A DNA stretch of 64,000 nucleotides from Octopus vulgaris (GCA_951406725.2 OX597818.1:19158001-19222000); one strand, 5' to 3'. Positions 25,203 through 38,110 are shown, numbered from the stretch's first letter. The notes: generated by a model from the sequence alone, not told the origin. A program made the numbers and translations.

Positions 25203-26310
25203 TCATCATTATCATCGTTTAATGTCCGTTTTCCATTGGACGGTTCGACTGGGGTCTGGGAAGTCAGGAGGCTGCACCAGGCTCCAGTTTGATCTGGCAG
25301 TGTTTCTACAGTGAGATGCCCTTCCTAATGCCAACCACTCTGAGTGTAGTGGATGCTTTTTACTTTCCACTGGCACAGGGGCCAGAGGAGGCTGGCAACG
25401 GCCATGATCAGTTGGTGCTTTTTACGTGTCACCGGCACGGAAGCTAGTCAAGGCGGCGCTGGTATCGGCAACATTTGGACTGTGCTTTTTATGTCCACCA
25501 GTACGGGTATCACAACTACAATTTCCATTTGATTTTTATTTTGATGTTGATTTACTTGACACAACAGGTCTCCTCAAGCACAGCAGGTTACCCTACGATC
25601 CAAGGTAAGCACAGCAGGTCGTTCTACGATCCAAGGTATTTTGTATGGGCTGGAGCTGGTTATGTGAAGCTGGTGTAGGATATGCCGTGGACTCATTTTA
25701 TTTGTTGGGTCTTCGCAGTCACAGCATATCTCCAGAGGTCTTGGTCTTTCCTCATTGCCTCTGTGAGGCGCAATGTTTGACAGTCATGCTTGACCACTTC
25801 ATCCCATGTCTTCTTGGGTTTACCTCTACCCCAGATTCCTTCAACTGTTTGGTAGTGGCATGCACGCCACATCTGATGCTTCTTATGTCCAACATTTCTC
25901 TCAGGGCGCTTACACTCTGTCATGTGTGCACACTGACATTACACATCCAGCGGATCATGCTAGCTTCATTTCTTTCAAGCCTATGCATGTCCTCAGGAAT
26001 CACAGCCCATGTTTCACTGCCGTGAAGCATGGCAGTTCGCACACATGCATCGTACAATCTACCTTTCAATCTGAGCGAGAGACCCTTTGTTACCAGTAGG
26101 TGTAGAAGCTTTCTAAACTTTGCCCAGTCTATTCTTACTCTAGTGATTACACTCTCTTAGCATCCACCTCCACCACTAACTTGGTCACCTAGGTAGCGGA
26201 AGCTATCACCTACTTCTAGTTTCTCCCCTTGGAGTGTGATGGAATCTGTTTCCTGAGCATCTGTGGTGTCTATTGCCCCTGTGCATCTTCCGCACACTGT
26301 CAAACATGTA
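25203..26310 (-). mobile_element. RTE-clade LINE, 3' fragment
   Basis: Same family as 1481-2460 and 27360-28692. Encodes GRGKPKKTWDEVVKHD and ends in a (CAT)n tail. Confidence 0.85.
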
Positions 26311-26719
26311 TGGAAAAATCACCCTTTACCAGCCATTTTCCATACTGGTATGGGTTAAATGGTTTGGCAGGAGCTAGCAACAGAGGACTGCAGCTTTTTC
26401 TTCAATCCTTGCTTTGCCAAATATCCCCATAGTGTCCTTAATGTATGGCCTGTCCACCTTCACTAATATTTTGCTATCTGTTGACCAATGAGTTCCTACT
26501 TGGCTTTAATCCAGAGGTCTTTCTGCTCACAGTTTCTGGATATCTAATGTTTGGAATGTGTCTGGGGCATTTATTTATGAATGTTTGGAGCTTTCTGAGG
26601 ATATTTGCATTCATTATACTGCTGATCTTTCAAACTTCTTGGGAGAGGTTTGAAAGTGGTCGCACATTAAAATCTCCACTTTTTATTCATGCCTAATTAA
26701 TATATTTATTTCACTACAG

Positions 26720-26883
26720 GTGGTATACGTAAAGGTACTGCAATGATATCAGGAGATGATGCTTACAATTACATGAAGTTTGAAGGAGGTGTCCATCGGG
26801 TCCAACGAATTCCTAAAACAGAGAAAGGAGGACGTGTGCATACAAGCACAGTGACAGTTGCTGTGTTGCCTCAACCAAAAGAT
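26720..26883 (+). CDS. MTRF1L: MTRF1L coding exon 4 (PxT stop-codon recognition motif)
   Basis: Encodes [35 protein letters not shown]. Boundaries TACAG|...|GTAAGG, phase 1 to 0. Confidence 0.97.
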
Positions 26884-27359
26884 GTAAGGAAATAAATACC
26901 ACTGTTATATGCTTTACATGTCTAATGTATCAATAGTGTTTAAAATCTGTTTAAGAGTAGCAGCTGCTGACCTGGTGCTGAAGCATGGTGGGGATATTGA
27001 TAGAAGTCTATTTTGTTTTGTGGCTGTGTGGTAAGAAGTTTGCTTCCACATGGTTTCAGGTTCAGTCCCACTGCATGGCACTTTGAGTAAATGTCTTCTA
27101 CTGTATTCTCAGGCTGACCAAAACCTCATGAGTTGATTTGTTAGACAGAAACTGAAAGAAGCCCATTGTGTGTGTGTGTGTCGATGGCATGTAAAAAGTA
27201 CCCAGCACACTCTGCTAAGTGGTTAGCATTAGGAAGGGCATCCATCTGTAAAAACCATGCTACAACAGACAGTGGAGTCTGAACAGCTCCATGTTAAACC
27301 GTCCAGCCCATGCCAGAATGGAGAGCAGACATTAAAGGATGATCATGAGATATATATAT

Positions 27360-28692
27360 AAAAGGTGCAGCAATATCAAAGGAAGGATAAATAGACAAAT
27401 AAAAGGTGCGGCAATATCAAAGGATAACCCGGAAAATAGTTTTTGTGTGTGGCAGATGCACAGGGGCAGTAAACACTGAAGATATACAGAAAACAGATTC
27501 CATCATATGCCAGAGGATGAAACTAGAAGTAGTTAATAGCTTCCTCTACCTAGACAACCAAGTTTGTAGTGGGGATGGTTGCTCTGAGAGTGTAGCAGCT
27601 AGAATAAGAATAGCCCGGGCAAAGTTCAGGGAGCTCCTACCTCTGCTGGCAACTAACGACCTCTCGCTCAGGATGAAAGGTAGACTGTCTGATGCATGTG
27701 CATGAACTGCCATGCTACACAGCAATGAAACATGGACCATGACTGCTGAGGACATGCGTAGGCTTGAAAGAAATGAAGCTAGTATGATCTGCTGGATGTG
27801 TAATGTCAGTGTGCATACATGACAGAGTATAAGCGCCCTGAGAGAAAAGTTGAGTATAGGAAGCATCGAATGTGGTGTGCAAGAGAGATGACTGCGCTGG
27901 TATGATCATGTGTTACGTATGGATGAGGACAGTTGTGTGAGGAAATGCCACTCCCTAACTGTGGAAAAAACCTGCGGAAGAGGTAGACCCAGGAAGACAT
28001 GGGATGAGGTGAAGCATAACCTTTGAACATTGGGTCTCACAGAGGCAATGACAGGAGACTGAGACCATTGGCAATATGCTGTGATTGAGAAGACCCAGCA
28101 ACTAAAGTGAGATTGCAGCCATGCATGCCCAGCCCACTTAAGAGTACCCCTGATGCATTGGGTGATATGATATGCTTAAGAAGACCTGTTGAGTCAAGTA
28201 AAACCAATATTGTAGCTGTGACTAGTGCCTCCTGACTGGCTCCCATGCTGGTGGCACGTGAAAAGCACCATCCAAACATGAGTGACTGATGCTAGTACCC
28301 CCTGATTGACTCCCGTATCGGTGGCATGTAAAAAGCACTATCCGAACATGATCGACACCAGGACTGCCTGACTAGCTCCCATGCTGGTAGCATGTAAAAA
28401 GCACCATCCAAACACAGCCAATGTCAGTACCCACTGACTGGCTCTCTTGCTGGTGGAACGCAAAAAGCACTATCCAAATGTGATCAATACCAGGCCCGCC
28501 TGACTAGCTCCTGTGCTGGTGGCACGTAAAAAGCACCCACTACACTCTCAGAGTGGTTGGCGTTACAAAGGGCATCCAGCTATAGAAACATTGCCAGATC
28601 AGATTGGAGCCTCATGCAGCTGCTGGCTCTCCAGACCTCAGTCAAACCGTCCAACCTATGACAGCATGGAAAATGGACGTTAAATGATGATA
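27360..28692 (+). mobile_element. RTE-clade LINE, 3' fragment
   Basis: Encodes LEVVNSFLYL...RIARAKFRELLPLL and RLERNEASM. The 3' UTR has tandem repeats and a (GAT)n tail. Confidence 0.85.
28223..28540 (+). repeat. ~66-bp tandem repeat x5 inside the RTE 3' UTR
   Basis: CTGACT(G/A)GCTCCC.TGCTGGTGGCA.GTAAAAAGCAC recurs five times. Confidence 0.8.
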
Positions 28693-29614
28693 ACATGTAT
28701 AAATGTATGTGTGTGTGTCTTTGTGTTTTGATTTTGTCCCCCACCACCACTTGACTGATGTTGGTGCTTTTACATCCCTGTAACTTACAGGTTATCTCAA
28801 AAGAGACCAATAGAATAAGTACCAAGCTTAAAAAAAGGTTCTGGGCTCAATTCATTCAACTAAAACTTCTTCAAGGCAGTGTCCCAGCATGACCACAGTC
28901 TAATGACTGAGACAAGTAAAAGATAAAAGATACATGTAACTTGCCATTGACATCTGCTGCTGTCACTTGCCATTGGTCATCTTTTTTTGCTACCTATCGT
29001 ATCAGTATTACATCATACAACTCATGCTGTTTCTTAATCGTAAATTCTTCTATGCATTTTGCAAATTTAGTAACCATTCACTGTAGCACTTTCATGCTTT
29101 CTTCTTTACAGAATCACTAGATGCAAGTGTACTGTCTTCTCACATTCCTCACTTACAACGTCTCATTCTCTCTGATACACTGCCTTGCTTTTTGGAACAC
29201 CTCACACCTCTGATCCTCTTAGCTTTCAGCTTCTCCCTTTGTTATGTAAACATAATGCCTAGCTTCACTTCTAGTTACTTGGTATAATTCTCTGTTGCTC
29301 TCATTTTTCCAGTCTTCCTAAGCTTGTCAAATCACTTTTATAGCACTGTCAGCCTCACTGTCCCACCACTACATCACCCTTGGTCTGGTGAAGACTTTGT
29401 GCCAGCCAAAGATTTGGTCTGTGGCTCTCAATAGGTTGCCCTCTAGGAACTTCCAGTTGTTTATTCATTACTGCTCTAACTCCTCTTTCTTTTCATCAAA
29501 TGCTTCAAGCAGAACATTTCTAAATTTCTAAGTGTTGTCTGAACCCTTAAACTTCCAATTTTTCCTTTTTCAGACTGGTTTGTGTCTTTGAGTTCTTCTA
29601 GTTTTAAAGTGAAA

Positions 29615-32600
29615 TAATAATAATAATGATAATTCTTTTATTAGCCACAAGGGCTCGAATAAAATAACTTTAAATGACATGCAACAACGTAAAATCAAAA
29701 ATGGGACGATACAATGGGTTTTACAGTGTGTAAATGATATAAATAGCAATTTAAAACAAATTAAAACTCCCAGTACAGGAGGTGCTTTAAGGTCCTTGTG
29801 GAAAAACCCAGAAAAGCCATGGGTGCCTGATCAACATGGCAAGAGCCCTTCTTTTATTTCTCACAGGTGTATGCTCAGAATTGGTCCCTTCACACTTGCC
29901 ATTCTTCCAACATTCACCCACCTTTCAACAGACTTGCTACAAGGCAACTCTTCCCTCTCCACTCTCAACTTCCTTTGCAAGTGAAACTTGAAAAAGTTGA
30001 TGAGGGATTGGACAAAGAGGAAAGTATCAGTCTTTAACCTTTTCAAATAGGTCCACCATACTACCTCTTTCGCTACAGCCACTAGACAAATAAAAGTTAC
30101 CTGCCCCTCCTGACCAAAAGAGGGCAGCAGAGCAATCTTCATAATGGATTCAGCTGATAGCCGGATCCGTCCTACACGCAACAGCAAGTGTTTGACATAA
30201 ACCCACAAGTCAGCAATACTCAGGCACTTGACTAAGGCATGCAGAATGGTTTCATCGTTCTGGGCGCACCTCAGGCAGGCTCAGCTGATGGCACTTCCGT
30301 GCCTGTAAAGTTTGTCTCAAACAGGCAGCACCCCTTGGTAGCACTGCCAGGTAAGGGATTTTTGGAAGTTATTGATAGGCCCAGGCCTGAAAGTTCTCCG
30401 AAATAGACCATTTAGTTGATCCTCACCGACGCCCAGATTTTCCTCAAGAACATCATCAAACGTTCCATCTACTAGCCATCTATAGAATGCTACAGTGGAA
30501 CTACCACCGACTGCATTGCCTGCCTGGCAGAGGGCTCTGAGTGCTTGATAGCACTAAAGGTGCCAAGCCCCTCCTCAGTCTACGCCTGATCCTAATCAGT
30601 CAAAGAGACGAGCTGTAGGAAAGTGTGCCTGACAAACAGTGAACACATCTGCTCACCATCAAGGAAACGCTGGAGATGATGCAACCTCAGCCAATGTCTG
30701 CACATCAGCAACCACAGCATGCCCATCCCTCCATTCAGTGGCTGTTTGACAGCAGATGAAGTGCCTGACCAGTGGAATGTGTCCCTTCCACAGAAAGCGG
30801 AAGAGTAAGCGCACCAGCTTGGTCAACCAGCAAACAGGACAAGAGACAACAGTCAAATGGTAATAGATGACTGATGCGATGTACACATTCACCACCTCCA
30901 CTCAATCTTTCAGGGACAGCTTCCTCTTGGCCCATTTCGGGGTGAGATTCACTACCCTGCTCATCACCTTGTCCCAGTTTTTCTCCACCTGGAGGTCCAG
31001 ACCAAACCAAATTCTGAGCAACTTAACAGGACCATCTGACCAGTGCCCCACAACGCTGTTAGACAGTATGGACTTGCCTCTCCAGGTGCCAAGTTGCAAG
31101 ACCACTGACTTTTCTGCATTCATTTTTGCCCCTGTCACTACTTCATATTCTTGTAGTGTTTCACCAATCAGCTCTATATTCCTGTGGATCAACACTATGA
31201 CAGTGACATCATCAGTGTAAGCAGACACACTTCTCCCACATCCTAGATCACACGAGACATGCCTCAAAGCCTCCAACTTCCACAGTAATGGCTCAAGTGT
31301 CAGCACATACAGAAGGGAGGAGAGAGGGCACCCATGACAAACTGAACGTAAGATGTTGAATGACTCCAACAGGTGATCATTCACATGAACAACTGAGCAG
31401 ATACCACTATACAAAGCAGCGATCCAACCATGGAAAACTGGATTGAAACTGGCTGCCTTGAGGACAGCTGCCAAGTATTGATGGTCAACCCTATCAAAGG
31501 CTTTAGATTGATCTAAATTGATCAGAGCTCCACCCATGCCAGCTTCATTATCCACCTTCTCTATGATGTAGCACATATGATGGAGGTTATTGTGAATATT
31601 CCTGGTTGGGATAGCACATGTTTGAGCCTCGACAACCAGCTTGTTCGTGACAAGCGCCAACCTCTTGGCTAACACCTTGGCCAAAATCTTCAACTCTGCA
31701 TTGAGCAGAGTGATGGGCCTGAAATTTTCTATATTCCCCCTCAACAGACACAATTGAGAATTCTTCCATTCTGCTGCCAGTTGCAGTAGATGTTTGCTAA
31801 GAGGCCTACAAACAAGTCTGGCATCGTAGTATAAAGCTTGTAGGGCAGACCATCCAAACCTGGCGATCTACCCCTTGTGCAACTCTTCATTGCTTCCAGT
31901 ATTTCCACACTGTTATCGGCCTTTCACAGCAATCTGCCTCACTCACTGAGAGTCGTGGCAGTCCATCCAGGTACACACTAAAGTCTGCCCTGTTACCCAT
32001 CCTACCATTCATCCCGAACAGTCAAGCAAAGTGCTGCTGAAAAGCTGCACACATCTGTTTCAGCTCGAACACCACACATCTACTCTAGTTCACCAAAGAC
32101 TAAATGGTGGCTTTATTGCCACTTTTCGCCTCCACCACATGGCCCCATCGTGATGCTTTCGTTCCCTCCCCACTTAGTGAACATGCATTAGCTCTGACAA
32201 TGCAGCCTTCATGTTTGACGTCGAAAAATTGGTTGAGAGCCAACCTTGCTGCCAACACATTGGTTGCGATGCCTGTCTTAAGCGCCTCATCTAACTTCCT
32301 CACTTAAAACTCCCTCTATTCTATTTCTCTCTACAGCTAATGGCTTGCTAAACCTAATCGATTCTACTCTAGTTGCCCTTTTAAGAGCAAACCACCAATT
32401 GTTGTTGACGATTGCACCCGTCAATGCCTGCTTAACTAATTCGCTAATCCGGTCTCTGTAAGTTTGACATGCCGATAACATGTTCAGCTTTCAGTAATCG
32501 AGACCTGTCTATGAAGCTTATCTAAGTCGATCACAAATTTGTGGGCTGTGTAGCCAACCATGTGAAATTGTCGACACCCTGTGCTATCCCTGTCCATTGA

Positions 32601-33330
32601 CCTATAAAATACCAGATGACCTGATGTGGTTTGTTCAAAGCTACACTGGCACATTCTGGTAATCTAGTCAGTACGTGTCAGACAACTGAAAACACCTGAG
32701 CAGGTTTTTGAGGCTTTTGCACCCCATTCTTCTATCAGATACCCTGAAAGACAGCGTTCCAATCTAAGACAGCGTCCCATCTAAGACAGTGTTCCAATCC
32801 CCTACTAATACTAAAGTCTGAGACATTCCCAGGTAAACCTCCAGGCACTTGAAGTAATCAGACTGCCCTGTCCCTGTCGGAGCATAGGCCGCCACCAGTC
32901 TGAAAACACCACCATCACTGCTGTTCACATCTAGGACTACCAACTTATCTTCCGGATCCAGGAAGACTGCCTTTATTTTCAAATCCAGACCCTTCTGGAA
33001 AAGCACAACAGTACCACCACCACCCCTTCCTAGCTGACATGAAGATAGAAAAATCTCGTACCCACTGCAAAAGGTGATGAGGTCCCATGGGTCATATTGT
33101 CTGGATTCATTAATGGCTGCAACATCTACACTAAGTGATCTCAGGTCATTTAAAAGGTGACCTTGTTTCCAAGGTAACCCGAGGCCCCTGACATTTATAC
33201 AACCTATTCTGAGCATCACCATGGTAAAATAAATTTAAGATGGAGAAGAGCTCTACTTACCACTATTGTCTGGCAGGGGTGTCCCCCTGGTCATTGGTAT
33301 GGGCGTTTCCACGAGACTTTTGTATAACCT
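29615..33330 (-). mobile_element. Tx1/L1-clade LINE, decayed ORF2
   Basis: APE endonuclease (IGCINVRGL, AAYAP, VGDWN; 32764-33222), RT (FRPITLLN, DQSKAFDRV, GCPLS, YTDD; 30902-31753) and a zf-RVT-like C-terminus. 3' AATAAA followed by a (TTA)n tail. Confidence 0.92.
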
Positions 33331-33683
33331 CGTAGAGAATGTCATCTGAAATGACCCAAAAGCATTTGGAAAATTAATTTTCAGTGTGTTGTAGGTGTCC
33401 TGTTTTAATTTTTAAATTTGTATGTGTGGTGGTGGTGCATTGCATGTTGGGAAGACAAGTCTTCCATTGTGGTGTCTAATGTATGTAACAAGGTGGATTT
33501 TGTCAGTGTTGATGCCTGTCAGGCTAGTGGTGTTTGTTCAGTCTGTTTGTGTTGTGCACTGTGTTGGTGTTTGAGCCTTGGACAGAATTCATTCTTATTT
33601 GCAGTTTCTGCCTTCCCAGACAGTTCGAGATCCACATCTTCCTCATACGTTACATGTTTGTGTGTGTTTGTGTTTGTAATATT

Positions 33684-33914
33684 TGTTTCTTTATTACCCA
33701 CAAGGGGCTAAACATAGAGGGGACAAACAAGGACAGACAAACGGATTAAGTCGATTACATCGACCCCAGTGCATAACTGGTACTTAATTTATCAACCCCG
33801 AAAGGATGAAAGGCAAAGTCGACCTCGGTGGAATTTGAACTCAGAACATAGTGACAGGCGAAATACCGTGAAGCGCTTCGCCCGGCGTGCTAACGTCTCT
33901 GCCAGCTCGCCGCC
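33684..33914 (-). mobile_element. Young SINE family A copy with 15-bp TSD
   Basis: Flanked by TGTGTTTGTAATATT at 33669-33683 and 33915-33929. CpGs are largely retained. Confidence 0.92.
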
Positions 33915-33958
33915 TGTGTTTGTAATATTAGTTATTTGTATCATTTATTTATTTTCAG

Positions 33959-34076
33959 ATTGATATTGCCTTGAATCCTAAGGACCTACAGATAACAACA
34001 TGTCGAGCTAGCGGTAGTGGAGGACAACATGTAAACACAACAGACAGTGCTGTACGCATTGTTCATATCCCAACTG
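33959..34076 (+). CDS. MTRF1L: MTRF1L coding exon 5 (GGQ motif)
   Basis: Encodes [32 protein letters not shown]; phase 0 to 1. Confidence 0.97.
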
Positions 34077-34424
34077 GTAAATAACAACACTAACTTTCCC
34101 AATATTATATTATAATAATCTCTTTAAACTAAGCAAAGAAGACATTTCTGGGTTTTTTTTACAACAGGAAAATTAAAAAATTAATTTACACATCCATTTT
34201 CTCATGTTTATATGGTGGAATTAATTGGTTGAGTTTCTTCTTAATCAACAGCAAGAAAAAAATTAGGAAAGGTGGGTATTTCATAAGATATTGTGCTCTT
34301 GAGAGAAAGGATTGGTGGTAGGAGTATTTGGTATGAAGATGCAATATGCATCATTAAAGGAGAAAAGACTTGAATGGAGGTAGAACTCGACCAGCTAGCT
34401 CTGGTGAATAGATGCCATTGTCAT

Positions 34425-34680
34425 CATCATTGTTCGACCGTGGTCGAGACAATGGAATTTACCATGCTACGCCAGACTTCACGGTCCATCATAGCATTAC
34501 GGAGGTTCTGTTGCTGGATGCCTGTATCCCTGGAGATTACATCAGAGTAGGAGAGTGTGCACCCTCTGGTATTGCGAGTAGATGGCTTCCAGAGAAGAAG
34601 AGTAGAAATTACCTCGTTTTCAGCTCTACAACAATTTCCAGCAAACTGGACTCTCCTACCTTTCACAAGGTATTGTAGTA
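34425..34680 (-). mobile_element. Short RTE-like LINE 3' fragment (different family)
   Basis: Encodes RRVQFAGNC.R...LLLWKP...AMMDREVWR and has a (GAT)n-type tail. Confidence 0.65.
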
Positions 34681-35523
34681 GATGTAGGGTATTGTGCCAT
34701 GTCAGGTATTGTAGTAGATGAAGGGTGAAGACTCATCATATCTCAGGGACAGAGGTTGAGATGGATTGGTGATGACACCATCCAAATCAGTCAAATGGCT
34801 TTCTTTTAGGTGCAACCCAAAATGTGGAAGTAATTTTTCCACTGCAGTTGGCAGTTAAGCATTGTAGACAGTCAGTAACTGGTTAGAGCTGAAAATTTTG
34901 CTGGCCCTGAAGAGAAAGGCTTCATTTTGCTGTTTTGAATGCATATAGATCACCAGTAGATATAATTCTTCTTTCTTTGCTGTGGTGGTGGACAAGTTTA
35001 AAAACTTGTGGACCATCTTGATTTTTGTTAAAAGTGGCAATTTGTCCTCTCCCTTTTCAATGCTCACAAGTCTCCTATCATGGAGTAATGCTCCTCTTCT
35101 ATGTGAAGCATTACAATATAGTACTAAGATACTGTGGTTGTAATGTACTGTAGTACTATTGTTGTAGTGAACTGTTGTACTGCATATTTCAGCCTTATAT
35201 ACCACTATAGTAATAGTAGTGATAGTAGTGGTGGTGGTGGTGGTGGTGGTGGTAGTAGTAGTCGTAGTAGTTGTTCACACTGTTTTTGTAGTATAAGCAT
35301 ACTATTTTCTCTCATGTATTACATACTGTCATTTTGTTAATGTACTCTTGTATTACATACTGTTATTGTAATGTATTCTGTTACTACATACTGTTATTGT
35401 GGTGTATTTTAGCCCTATTATTTTAGTGTACTTATAGAATTGCTTCCTTTTATAATGTACTTTAACTTCATACACTCTGCTTTTGTAAACATAAACTCTT
35501 TAGTTTCTTACTTTAATCTACAG

Positions 35524-35599
35524 GAATGGCAGCAGAAAGCCAACAGGAGCGGTCGCAGATGAAGAATAAAGAAATTGCAATGAAATTATTACAGACAAG
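35524..35599 (+). CDS. MTRF1L: MTRF1L coding exon 6
   Basis: Encodes GMAAESQQERSQMKNKEIAMKLLQTR; phase 1 to 2. Confidence 0.95.
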
Positions 35600-35820
35600 G
35601 TAGGTGATCATTAATTCTTCAGTTATTCATTTTACTTTAAGTGTTTGACAGAAGATAAAATACTCCTCCCTTACTCAATTCCTTATATTGTTTTTCTCTC
35701 TCTCTCTATCTCTTTTTCTTTATCTATGTCTTTGGGGGTAAAAAACATATTACTGCATTTAAGAGTTCAAAACTTAGCTGATCTTGTTTTACTCTTGCTA
35801 ATTTTAATTGTTACTTGCAG

Positions 35821-36100
35821 GTTATACCAAAAACAGTTACAACAACAGGAACAAGAGATCCAATCCAGTCGTAAAACACAAATTGGAACGGCTGGTCGAT
35901 CTGAGAAGATTCGAACATATAATTTCAACCAGGACCGAATAACTGACCATCGACTTTCACATAACATACATAATTTATCACAGTTTTTCACAGATGGACA
36001 AATTTTGGACAATTTATTAGAGGATTTACTCTGTCAAGAAAAAGAGGGCTATTTGCACCAGAAATTAGAAGAGTTTTCTCTATCTATGCAAAAAACATGA
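35821..36100 (+). CDS. MTRF1L: MTRF1L coding exon 7 (terminal)
   Basis: Encodes QIGTAGRSEKIRTYNFNQDRITDHRL; TGA at 36098-36100; ATTAAA at 36178. Total CDS is 1374 nt (457 aa). Confidence 0.95.
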
Positions 36101-36799
36101 AAAGCAATCCCTTTTTTTGATCAGAGGCATAAGAAATCATATTGATTCATGTTATTAGTAAGTTATTTTATAAATGCATTAAAATTCAATACTTGCCTTA
36201 TGTTAAATTATTAGGTGCATGATGAAGGTACATGGCTTAGTGGTTAGAGCATGAGGTAGTGACTTCAATTTCCAGACCAAGTTGTGTGTTGTGTCATTGA
36301 GTAAAACACTCTATTTCATGTTGCCCTTGTTCACTCAGCTGTAGAAATGAGTTGCAACATCACTGGTGCCAAGCTGTATTAGCCTTTGTCTTTCCCTAAG
36401 ATAACATCGGTGGCATTGAAAGAGGAGGCTAGTATGCACAAGTGACTGTTGGTCTTCCATAAACAACCTTGCCTGGATTTGTGCCTTGGGGTGGGGAACT
36501 TTTTAGGTGCAATCTCATGGTCATTCATGACTGAAGGGGTCTTTACCCATTTAGATGCATGCATAGCTATGTGGTTAAGAAGTTTACTGTACAACCACAA
36601 GGGCTTGGGTTATGATTTCATTGTATAGCATCTTGGGTAAGTGTCTTTTACTGTGACCTTGGGTTGAACAGTGTCTTGTGATTGAAATTTGGTTGGTGAC
36701 AATCATACAAGAAACTCATCCAATATGTGTCCATGTGATTCTTATGGTATCAGTACTGGCCAATTCTATTTAATTAATCCTAACCCTAATTTGCTGGTT

Positions 36800-37270
36800 G
36801 TAGATTTTCTGCAGAGAATGATGGCATTCAGCTTCCAGTAACAAGGTTCCTGTCTAAATGTTACATCCAGAATGCCTCAGCAGATTGCAAGTTTGTGGTT
36901 TGTGTAGCCAGCCAACCAAAATTGTGAACAGTCTATGTTATCTCTATTCAATGTTCAATTTGGATGACTCTGGTGGAGTTTGTCCAAGTCCTGATTGATA
37001 CATTCAGGAAATCTAGTTGATACATGTCAGATAGACCAAGCTGCTTGAGCAGGTTTGCAAGTTTTTCCATCCAGTTTTCCTATCAGATACTCCCAGTGGA
37101 TATCTAAGATATCATTCCAGTTACCTACAGACACACAAATCCAACTGCCTTACTCAAGTTGGGGCCTTAAACATCCATTTGTCTGAAGGCTCTACCTTCA
37201 TATCCAGGATCACCAATTTTCAATCAGAGATCAGGATGATTGTCAATACTTCAAAATCTGAACCTTTCTG
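36800..37270 (-). mobile_element. Old Tx1-like LINE endonuclease fragment
   Basis: Diverged similarity to ~32450-33000 (TTTGTGG..TGTGTAGCCA, ATCTAGT..TAC.TGTCAGA, CTTGAGCAGGTTT). Confidence 0.55.
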
Positions 37271-38110
37271 CTCAGTCTGCAAGGAGTATAGTCATGTATA
37301 TCAATTCTAATATTTGACTGTGCTTTATTTATTGACTGCAGAAACACAAAAAGTAAATAGACTTCAGCATGATTTGAACTAGCATTGATACGATGTAAGT
37401 GGAGGCGTGTGGCTTAGTGGTTAGGATGTTGGACTCTTGATTGTAAGATTGTGATCTCAATTCCTGGATCGGGTGATGTGTTGTGTTCTTGAGCAAGACA
37501 CTTCATTTTTCTTATTGCTCCAGTCCACTCAGCTGGCAAAAATGTGACAGCCCAGCATCCTATCCAGGTGAGGAACTCATATGCCGTGGAAACCAGGAAA
37601 TTTGTCCTTATGAGTCAGCATGACTCAAGAAGATAACTTTAGAAGGAAGGATTTATTATGTAAGGGAAGGATAAAGTCATTTAAATTGACAACAATATTT
37701 GATTCATAACTTATAACCTTCTGGGTACAAAGTGTAAAGTTGATTAAATTAGGAACAGAACTCAGGGTGTAAAGGGTAAAACTATATACTTTAAAAGCAT
37801 TTAGTTCAGCTCTTCATAGTTTCTTTGAATTCACTACCCTATCGACAACAGTAAGCAACAGTTAGTTATAATGATTGTTTCTAATTTAAGCACAAAGTCT
37901 ACAGTGTGAGGGGAGGAGGTTTGTCAATTACATCAGTATCCACTACTTAACTGGTTCTTTATTTTATTGGTACCAAAAAAAAAAAAATGAAAGATAAAGT
38001 TTATCTTAGTGAGATTTGAACTCAGAATGTAAAGAGCCAGAAAACTATCCAGTTTCATGTCCAACATGCTAATGATTCTTCCAATCTGTACCCTAGCCAT
38101 AATTATAATA

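Noticed and set aside
26720-26883. Bacterial prfA (contamination/HGT) or vertebrate-type MTRF1
   Set aside because: The gene has spliceosomal introns and a presequence-like N-terminus. It has a simple PKT motif, not the extended PExGxS motif of vertebrate MTRF1.
28223-28540. CRISPR-like repeat/spacer pattern
   Set aside because: The 'spacers' are similar to one another, the array lies in an RTE 3' UTR, there are no cas genes, and the context is eukaryotic.
35100-35460. Degenerate GTATTACATACTGTTATT repeats and a poly-Gly/Ser ORF
   Set aside because: Low-complexity intronic sequence; the MTRF1L exons on either side join in frame without it.
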